Shown here: positions 18,056 to 25,493 of the stretch, in pieces
How positions within the stretch are numbered: the stretch's first letter is position 1
Layout: each line of letters opens with the position of its first letter
From: a virus
Lineage: Duplodnaviria > Heunggongvirae > Uroviricota > Caudoviricetes
Reading direction: 5' to 3' (one strand)
Virus record (IMG/VR): IMGVR_UViG_3300023371_001771
Location: 64,001 to 104,273 of that record
Length of the DNA: 40,273 bases
Position numbers and translations under genes: made by a program
The notes under the pieces: generated by a model
What the model was told of the DNA's origin: nothing
The model's database searches: none
What the model saw: the letters and a program-made list of their open reading frames with translations, nothing else

Positions 18056-19882
18056 ATGGAAAAACTAACACCTTTAAATGGTTTACGCAATAGTATTGCG
18101 TCAATAAAAAGTATTTTAGACACAAAAGCAAATAAAGAAGATATCCGAGCAAACGTACAACCAGACTGGAACCAGAATGATGAAACGGCAGATGATTATG
18201 TTAAGAATAGGCCGTTTTATACTGGTGAGCCTAAGTCAATCACCGTTGAGATTTTGCCAGAAATAAATAGTGCATCCATTGAGGGTGATATTATACTTTC
18301 AGAACCTTTGGTAGAAGGTAGAACTTATACCGTTACATGTGATGGTATTGAGTATGAATGCGTTGCACGCAATTATGATGGTTATTTGATGTTGGGTAAT
18401 AATGCAATTTATGAATATGATGGGGATATTACAACTGATACTGGTGAACCTTTTGCAATGGAAACAGAAGAAACAAGCACAACATTGTGGGTGTATATGG
18501 CAGAAGAAAAAGATTTTACTTTGTCAATTTCTTACTCTGTAATTCAAGAAAATATCGTAAAGCTTCCTATGAAGTATCTACCCGACGGATATCCATATAA
18601 AGAAAGCTATTCTGGAGAAATTGTACCAGAGACTACAATAAATATTGAAAGTACAGGCGATCCTGTTTTTGATCCGTTTGTAATTGAGTTTGTGGCTGGT
18701 GGCATTTATAATGTAACTTGGGATGGCATTGAATACGAATGCGTGTCATACATTGTCCAAGGCCCAAATTCTCCAAGTATCGGTAATGGAGAAATTGCGG
18801 GTGTAAACGGAGGTAATGGAGAGCCATTTTTCTGTACGGTTTACGAAGGTCAAGTAATGTTGTTTGCAGCCGAAGTTGGTACGCATACAATTTCAATAAG
18901 TGGTACAATAGAAAAAGTTGTTCAAATGTCAAGCGAATATATTCCGAAGTTTACAATCAATGTTGATGTAACATACGACCCGCATCCCAACGCGAGTGCT
19001 GCATATTTTTGTACAATGGACAAGAGTGTGGCAGAAATTGCAAAAGCATACCTTGGTGGACTTGAAATGCGAGCCATAAACAAAGAAACGGGAGAATATT
19101 ATATTCTGGAAACTGCAAAACAAGGTACGTTTGGCGATTGGGAATTTGATTTTGTAAACTGGAAGATTGATGGCGACATTCATTTTAAACACTTGCACAT
19201 GTGGACTCCGAGCAGCGGCGATGCGGTCGCATTGTATACAACAGAACAAGCCAATGCCATATATGAAGGAACCAATAATACTAATTATTTGGCGTCAGTA
19301 CCGGCGGTATGCGATTTTGTAAACTCTAAATGTTATATCAGCTATAACGAACAAGAATTAACAGAAGAGCAACAAGCTCAGGCAAGAAAAAATATTGGTG
19401 CAGCAAATTCAAAATCTGTTGATTGTATCAATTTGGTTGACCAAGAAAATGGTTACACATATGCCGTTTGTATGCGCAATGGTACTCTTGTAACATATTG
19501 TCAGATTGAGAAAATAGAAGTAACAACTATGCCCAACAAAACTGAGTATATGGTTGGTGAAATATTCGACCCAACAGGAATTGTAATAACAGCAACTACC
19601 TATGATGGAGTATCAAAGGAAGTAACGAATTTTGAATATGACACTACGCCTATCACAGATAGTACATCATATGTAAAGGTTACTTATACTGAGGGAGGCA
19701 TGAGTCATGCTGTCGAAGTTCCTGTAGCAGTAATACCATTTGATCCTGAGATTGTTCTTGTTGACTTTGATTATACAGATAATGGCAATGGAACTTATAC
19801 GATTACTGGTTGGAAAGAAACTTATAGTGGTCAACCAAGTACAGAACTGATAATTCCAAACAATAGTTTAGTTATATTGTAA
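18056..19882 (+). CDS. Multi-domain fibre/adhesin with two 'GEPF' domains and an Ig-like domain, 608 aa
   Basis: QPDWNQND..DYVKNRPF anchor; QELTEEQQAQARKNIG; IEVTTMPNKTEY.VGE.FDPTG (Big_3-like); ends in a BspA N-cap-like segment. Confidence 0.65.
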   Translation: MEKLTPLNGLRNSIASIKSILDTKANKEDIRANVQPDWNQNDETADDYVKNRPFYTGEPKSITVEILPEINSASIEGDIILSEPLVEGRTYTVTCDGIEYECVARNYDGYLMLGNNAIYEYDGDITTDTGEPFAMETEETSTTLWVYMAEEKDFTLSISYSVIQENIVKLPMKYLPDGYPYKESYSGEIVPETTINIESTGDPVFDPFVIEFVAGGIYNVTWDGIEYECVSYIVQGPNSPSIGNGEIAGVNGGNGEPFFCTVYEGQVMLFAAEVGTHTISISGTIEKVVQMSSEYIPKFTINVDVTYDPHPNASAAYFCTMDKSVAEIAKAYLGGLEMRAINKETGEYYILETAKQGTFGDWEFDFVNWKIDGDIHFKHLHMWTPSSGDAVALYTTEQANAIYEGTNNTNYLASVPAVCDFVNSKCYISYNEQELTEEQQAQARKNIGAANSKSVDCINLVDQENGYTYAVCMRNGTLVTYCQIEKIEVTTMPNKTEYMVGEIFDPTGIVITATTYDGVSKEVTNFEYDTTPITDSTSYVKVTYTEGGMSHAVEVPVAVIPFDPEIVLVDFDYTDNGNGTYTITGWKETYSGQPSTELIIPNNSLVIL

Positions 19883-19896
19883 GGTGGTGAAAAGAT

Positions 19897-21036
19897 ATGA
19901 TAAATTTTAGACAGTACAGCAATGTAACTAAAATTGTAATTCCAGATGGAGTTACTTTAACAAACAATAATTTTGCTTCAAAATTTATGTATTTAAGCAA
20001 TCTTAAAGAAGTTAAATTGTCCAATAAGATTACTCGTATTAGTGCGGCATTTACTTCATGTGGAAGTTTAGTCAGCCCTATTTGTGGTGACAATATAACT
20101 GAAATGCAATATGCGTACAATTCATGTTATAATTTGATTGGTCCGCCTGTATGTGGAAAGAATGTTATCAATATGGCTTCTGCGTATAATAATTGTTGGA
20201 ATTTAACTGGTTCGCCCGTATGTGGTGATAATGTTACAAATATGTCCTCAACATATACTAATTGCAGAAATCTGACAGGCTCGCCTGTGTGTGGTAAGAA
20301 TGTAACTAGCATGATAGCAACATACAATTATTGTCAAAAATTAACTGGTTCCCCTGTTTGCGGTGAAAAAATTACAAATATGTGGCGTACATATTATGGC
20401 TGTAGCAATCTAACAGGCTCTCCTGTTTGTGGAGATAATGTTGTAGATATGTATGAGACATATTGCAGTTGTGTTAATTTAACTGGCTCTCCAGTGTGCG
20501 GTAATAAAGTGACTAATATGGCAAATACATATAGATCCTGTAGAAATTTAACTGGTTTTCCCGTATGCGGGCATAATGTTACTACATTGGATTACGCATA
20601 TTCTAACTGTTCAAATCTAACTGGTTCGCCTGTTTGTGGGCCTAAGGTAACAGATATGATGTTTGCATATCAATCCTGTTATAACTTAACAGGTTCTCCT
20701 GTGTGTGGAGATAGTGTTGTAGATATGTATGGTACATATCAAAATTGTACAAATCTATATGGCAATTCTTATTTTTATTCTGTAAGTGTAAATCGCGCTA
20801 CAGGTTGCTTTAAAGGTCGCAATACTGCAAACATTCTACGCATTTACACAGTAAAGAATTCTACCACAATGACAACACTACTAACCAACAACACTTCTTC
20901 CCTCGTCGGCGCAGCCATCACATGGACTGATGACATCACAACAAACGGCTGCTATTACAACACCCAATACAACATTTACATCTACCCCGTAGATGATGTA
21001 GCCGCCGCACGTACAGCAAACGGCGATGACGAATAA
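19897..21036 (+). CDS. 23-aa Cys-rich LRR-variant repeat protein A, 379 aa
   Basis: 9 full repeats of V(T/V)xMxx(T/A)YxxCxNLTGSPVCGxx plus a C-cap containing NGCYYNTQYNIYIYPV. Confidence 0.8.
   Translation: MINFRQYSNVTKIVIPDGVTLTNNNFASKFMYLSNLKEVKLSNKITRISAAFTSCGSLVSPICGDNITEMQYAYNSCYNLIGPPVCGKNVINMASAYNNCWNLTGSPVCGDNVTNMSSTYTNCRNLTGSPVCGKNVTSMIATYNYCQKLTGSPVCGEKITNMWRTYYGCSNLTGSPVCGDNVVDMYETYCSCVNLTGSPVCGNKVTNMANTYRSCRNLTGFPVCGHNVTTLDYAYSNCSNLTGSPVCGPKVTDMMFAYQSCYNLTGSPVCGDSVVDMYGTYQNCTNLYGNSYFYSVSVNRATGCFKGRNTANILRIYTVKNSTTMTTLLTNNTSSLVGAAITWTDDITTNGCYYNTQYNIYIYPVDDVAAARTANGDDE
20095..20715 (+). repeat. Nine coding 69-nt tandem repeats
   Basis: TTAAC(T/A)GG(T/C)TC.CC.GT.TG(T/C)GG recurs every 69 nt. 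Confidence 0.9.
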
Positions 21037-21072
21037 ATAATCAAAAAAAATATAAAAAGGAAGGTATTATAT

Positions 21073-22119
21073 ATGAAGAAATATAACCGTAAAATTGATG
21101 TAATTATACCCGCCTACAATGTGCCAGATCATGTCCTATTTCGTTGTCTTTCTAGCATTTCTTGCCAAGACATCGTATCTGACCTTGAGGTAACCATTGT
21201 AGATGACGCTTCAACTAAACAGAACTACGCTGAAGTAATTAAAGCTTTTACTCCGGTAATGAAAATCAATCTGCTACGATACGAAATTAATGGTGGTCCA
21301 GGCGTGGCACGTCAATATGGTATTGATCACACCAAGAACGGTTATATGACCTTCATTGATGCCGACGATACTCTAAATGGAGCCTTCGCACTCAAAGCAC
21401 TGCGCAACGGCATTGAAATGGGAGACGGCATCTTCCATATGTGCGTTGGTGTTTTTGATGAAGTGCATGAGGAAGGGTTTAAGCCTGGTGAAGGCCCAAT
21501 TCTAATGACACATGAGCAGGATATGGTTTGGATGTTTGGTAAGCTTTATCGTAGAAGTTTTATCGACAGATATAAGATTCACTTCCATGAAAGCTCTAGA
21601 GCAAATGAAGATAATGGCTTCAATACCATGATTCGTCTGTGTTCTAGCGATCAAGAACAGATCAACTTCATTCCTGCTCATGTGTATTATTGGCATGAGA
21701 ATCCCAACAGCATTACTCGCGCAAATGACTGCCAGTATAGCTACGGCAGCTCTGAGCGTGATAGCTTCTATGGTTATGTTGAAAATATGATTTTTGCAAT
21801 CAAGGAAGCTAAGACCAGAAAGCCATATAATGGTTTTATTACAATGTGGTCTGTAATGTGCATGTTAAATATTTATGAGTATTACATTGAATGTTATGCT
21901 CGCGCAAGAGAGCATGCGGATACTAATTTCAAGTGGTGTAAGCGTTATTATGACGAAGTTTATAGTTTAATTGAACATGATATTTCCGATGAAATTCTTG
22001 CAGAGCATTATAACGATGTAATGAAGAATGCTTATATGGGGGACAAGCTGAATGGCATTATTCCTTGTATGGGCATTTATGAATTTTTAGATAAACTAAA
22101 GGACGCAAGTGTTGATTGA
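21073..22119 (+). CDS. Family 2 (GT-A) glycosyltransferase, 348 aa
   Basis: IDVIIPAYN, IVDDAS, GPGVARQYG, FIDADD (DxD) and NEDNGF motifs. Confidence 0.9.
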   Translation: MKKYNRKIDVIIPAYNVPDHVLFRCLSSISCQDIVSDLEVTIVDDASTKQNYAEVIKAFTPVMKINLLRYEINGGPGVARQYGIDHTKNGYMTFIDADDTLNGAFALKALRNGIEMGDGIFHMCVGVFDEVHEEGFKPGEGPILMTHEQDMVWMFGKLYRRSFIDRYKIHFHESSRANEDNGFNTMIRLCSSDQEQINFIPAHVYYWHENPNSITRANDCQYSYGSSERDSFYGYVENMIFAIKEAKTRKPYNGFITMWSVMCMLNIYEYYIECYARAREHADTNFKWCKRYYDEVYSLIEHDISDEILAEHYNDVMKNAYMGDKLNGIIPCMGIYEFLDKLKDASVD

Positions 22120-22146
22120 TTATTACAGAAAGGAGGCAAGGTATGA

Positions 22147-24285
22147 GTGAGTGGTTCATATAAAATATACGCCTCTGAAAATTACGTCTCAGAACAAATA
22201 AATGTAGCTATCGAATCTTTAAAGGACGATGGTTACATTGTTGAACCAAAGTCAAATGATATACCAAAAGTTTTTATAGATGGTATAATCCCGACTACAA
22301 AGGACGATGCGCTTGCAGAGTTGACTTATATTTCCGCGACGCACCAATTCCATGCTTATTTATTAATTAAGTGTCAAGGAACTTCGTCTATGAAATATCC
22401 AAAGAAAAACTTTACCATAAAGCTATATAAAGATGAGGCTCGTTCCGAAAAATTTAAAATAAATTTTAAGGGCTGGGGACGGCAGTATAAATTCTGTTTG
22501 AAAGCAAATTGGATAGATATATCTCACACAAGGAATATTGTGTCAGCTCAAATTGCCGGAGACATTGTTAAGACGCGTCCAAATTATTTAGAGCTTCCTG
22601 AGCTTTTGCGCACCAGTCCAAACCAGGGCATGATAGATGGCTTTCCAATTAAAGTATACGCAAATGGTATATATCAAGGCCGGTATACTTGGAATATTCC
22701 AAAGGATGCTTGGATGACTAACATGGATGGTTCGCTTGATAACCATTGCATTCTTTGCGGTGAAAATTATGTAGGCGGATGTTTTCGCGCCCTACCTTTA
22801 ATAGATGGAACTGACTGGTCTGACGAAGTTCATGATAGTGCTCCAGCTTCCATAGTGTCTCGCTGGTCTGAAGTTGTAAATTTTGTAATGACAAGCAGCG
22901 ATGAAGATTTTAAAGCAAATATAAGCAATTATATTGATTTGCAAAGTCTAATTGATTATCATATATTCGGCATATATGCTTGTGGTTCAGACTCGTATGG
23001 TAAAAATCAAATCTATTTAACTTACGATGGAATTAAATGGTATGCCTCACTTTACGATCTTGATACTACTTGGGGTTTGTATTGGAATGGTGAAGCTGTA
23101 ATGGGTTATGACTATGGACGAGAAAAATATGAAGATAGGATTCAAAATAGAGAAGGTAACCTTCTATTTGAGAGAATAGAGCAAAATTTTTATTTAGAGC
23201 TTCAAGCTAGATGGGCAGAATTAAAACAATCTGCTTTGTCTATGTCCAACGTCATTAATCGTTTTGAAAGATTTTCTGACTTATTCACTTCTGATTTGAT
23301 TAAAGAAGATTATGCTTCTACTACTGCTGGCGGTGCTTATAGTGGAATTCCTTCCGTGGCCAAAAATAATATTCAACAGATTAGAAATTTTGCAGCCGCA
23401 CGCAGAAGTTGGACTGATGAGTATTTTAATAGCTTAACTCCAGTAGTAAGAATTCCTTGTACTGGTATTACATTATCTGCGACTGAATTAATTTTCTTAG
23501 AAGCAAGCTCTCAAACCATTACTGCTTCTGTAACTCCAGTAGATACCACAGATAAAATTATTTGGTCTTCTGATAATACTGAAGTAGTAATAGTAGAGAA
23601 TGGAGTTGTAACCGCTATTGACAATGGTACAGCTACTATAACCGCTACTTGCGGCGACTATTCTGCTACTTGTTCAATTTCTGTTTCTGGTATTGAAGAA
23701 CCAGTAATTCCAGATGAACCAGAAGTTGATGAAAGAATTCTCTATCAACTACCTGAACCTACTACCTTTACTGGCTCTAATTATATTGACACTGGTGTAG
23801 CACCTCTTGCCGAAGATAAACCATTTACTCTTATACTTGACTGGACGCACACTGGTGAAAGTGAATTCGTTGGAAGCAGATATGTTATTGCTCATGCTAT
23901 GACAGAAACTTCTCCATATCCAGGTATTATTCTACAATACAATAGTAATGGTATTGTTTCTGAATATAGACAGGGCACAAATACTATTTCTTCTAACTCT
24001 ACCAGCGGTCTCATTGACAATGCTGACCTACATCGCGTAAAGGTTGTATATCGCAAGGACGAAAGTGGTAAAGTTACTGTCGCGAGATGTTACAATGAAA
24101 ATGGACAAATCCATAAGAATGAAAAAACTATGGATTATTACGCAGTACATGAAGAGCTACGACTTGGATGTTATCGCTCCAACGTTGGAGGAACAGGACG
24201 TTTTGCTAAGGGTCTCTTAAATGATTGTAAGATTTATAACTACGCATTAAGCGATGAACAGATGGAAGAATTACTTACAATGTGA
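22147..24285 (+). CDS. CotH-like atypical kinase fused to Big_2 Ig-like and ConA/LamG-like domains, 712 aa
   Basis: KCQGTSS..YPKKN, FCLKANWID..HTRN, DSYGKN (22990-23007), YDLD (23053-23064). Then a Big_2-like segment (CTGITLS...W.SDNTEVVIVENGVVTA..NGTATITAT) and a lectin-like segment (..LNDCKIYNYALSDEQM). Confidence 0.75.
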   Translation: MSGSYKIYASENYVSEQINVAIESLKDDGYIVEPKSNDIPKVFIDGIIPTTKDDALAELTYISATHQFHAYLLIKCQGTSSMKYPKKNFTIKLYKDEARSEKFKINFKGWGRQYKFCLKANWIDISHTRNIVSAQIAGDIVKTRPNYLELPELLRTSPNQGMIDGFPIKVYANGIYQGRYTWNIPKDAWMTNMDGSLDNHCILCGENYVGGCFRALPLIDGTDWSDEVHDSAPASIVSRWSEVVNFVMTSSDEDFKANISNYIDLQSLIDYHIFGIYACGSDSYGKNQIYLTYDGIKWYASLYDLDTTWGLYWNGEAVMGYDYGREKYEDRIQNREGNLLFERIEQNFYLELQARWAELKQSALSMSNVINRFERFSDLFTSDLIKEDYASTTAGGAYSGIPSVAKNNIQQIRNFAAARRSWTDEYFNSLTPVVRIPCTGITLSATELIFLEASSQTITASVTPVDTTDKIIWSSDNTEVVIVENGVVTAIDNGTATITATCGDYSATCSISVSGIEEPVIPDEPEVDERILYQLPEPTTFTGSNYIDTGVAPLAEDKPFTLILDWTHTGESEFVGSRYVIAHAMTETSPYPGIILQYNSNGIVSEYRQGTNTISSNSTSGLIDNADLHRVKVVYRKDESGKVTVARCYNENGQIHKNEKTMDYYAVHEELRLGCYRSNVGGTGRFAKGLLNDCKIYNYALSDEQMEELLTM

Positions 24286-24296
24286 GGTGAATAATT

Positions 24297-25481
24297 ATGA
24301 ATGATTCATATAAAGTATATGCTTCTCAAGAATATGTAGATAATAAAGTACCAGAGGCGCAAGGTGCGCATAAGCAGCTTGTAACCGATGCAGATGGCAA
24401 TGTGAAGTGGGAAGATAGAGCTGGTGGGTATAGCGTCGGTCCAATCGAAAGTGTTTTAATGGAGGAACAAACGATATCGTTTACGTATGACACAGATGCG
24501 ACAATGTCCGCCCCATCGAACTGGCCAGAGACTCGATTGGAAATAGTAGCTGGAAACACATATCATGTTTATATCGACGGCGCAACATATACATGTAATG
24601 CTACAGCATTTTATTCATATGTATTAATCGGTAATGCGGCTGTGTTAGGAATGGACGACACGGGCGAGCCTTTTTTATGGATGGATAATGGGGCGCAGCA
24701 GATGTTGTATATGTTCTCTGACACTTCCGATGCTGAACATATAATAAGAATTTCAGAGATTAAAATCGTTGATATTACAATTCCGGGCAAGTATCTTCCG
24801 ATCGCTTCTGATGATTCATACGGCTCTGTGAAGCTCACAGACATTGTTACCACGTATGTGTTTTCCTCTGATTACCCTAACGCTTCCCAGATGCAAGAAG
24901 CTGTATCTAAACTCAATGAGGGCAGAGCGACAATCGTGTGGCAAGGTGAACGATACGTAGATGGGTTCTTGGATGATGATCTAAACATCTATTTAAAGCG
25001 GCTCGACGAAGTGACGTGTTATCGCAAATACCCCCTTCGATTAGAAGAAGGAACCCAAGAATATTATAGCCTTAACATGTTCGAGCGCGCCGAGGAAACG
25101 AGCGACATCTTTCTGAAGACAAAAGGAACACCCGGAATTTCGGCACGTTTTTGCATAGGCAGTGATAACATCCCTATTATCGTTAGGTCCGACGACAACC
25201 AAACTATATGGACCCCATCGACCAAGGTTTCAGAACTGGAAAACGATGCTGGATATATTACAAGTTATACTGAAACCGATCCTACCGTGCCAGCTTGGGC
25301 GAAGGAGCCAAATAAACCTACATATGCTGCCAGCGAAATTGGTGCAGGCACTTTGGCTGGCGAAGTAGTTGCAAGCACATCTTCTCAAGCGCCAGATACC
25401 GCTTTGCTTAGAAACAGTAAATTAGTTTCAACAGACACTAATCCAACCGTTAATGGCGAAATTTATTGGACCTACGGTTAA
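24297..25481 (+). CDS. Fibre-like protein with a 'GEPF' domain, 394 aa
   Basis: N-terminus SYKVYASQEYV matches the kinase gene's SYKIYASENYV; contains ETDPTVPAWAK; ends PTVNGEIYWTYG. Confidence 0.6.
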   Translation: MNDSYKVYASQEYVDNKVPEAQGAHKQLVTDADGNVKWEDRAGGYSVGPIESVLMEEQTISFTYDTDATMSAPSNWPETRLEIVAGNTYHVYIDGATYTCNATAFYSYVLIGNAAVLGMDDTGEPFLWMDNGAQQMLYMFSDTSDAEHIIRISEIKIVDITIPGKYLPIASDDSYGSVKLTDIVTTYVFSSDYPNASQMQEAVSKLNEGRATIVWQGERYVDGFLDDDLNIYLKRLDEVTCYRKYPLRLEEGTQEYYSLNMFERAEETSDIFLKTKGTPGISARFCIGSDNIPIIVRSDDNQTIWTPSTKVSELENDAGYITSYTETDPTVPAWAKEPNKPTYAASEIGAGTLAGEVVASTSSQAPDTALLRNSKLVSTDTNPTVNGEIYWTYG

Positions 25482-25493
25482 GGAGGTTGTTTT

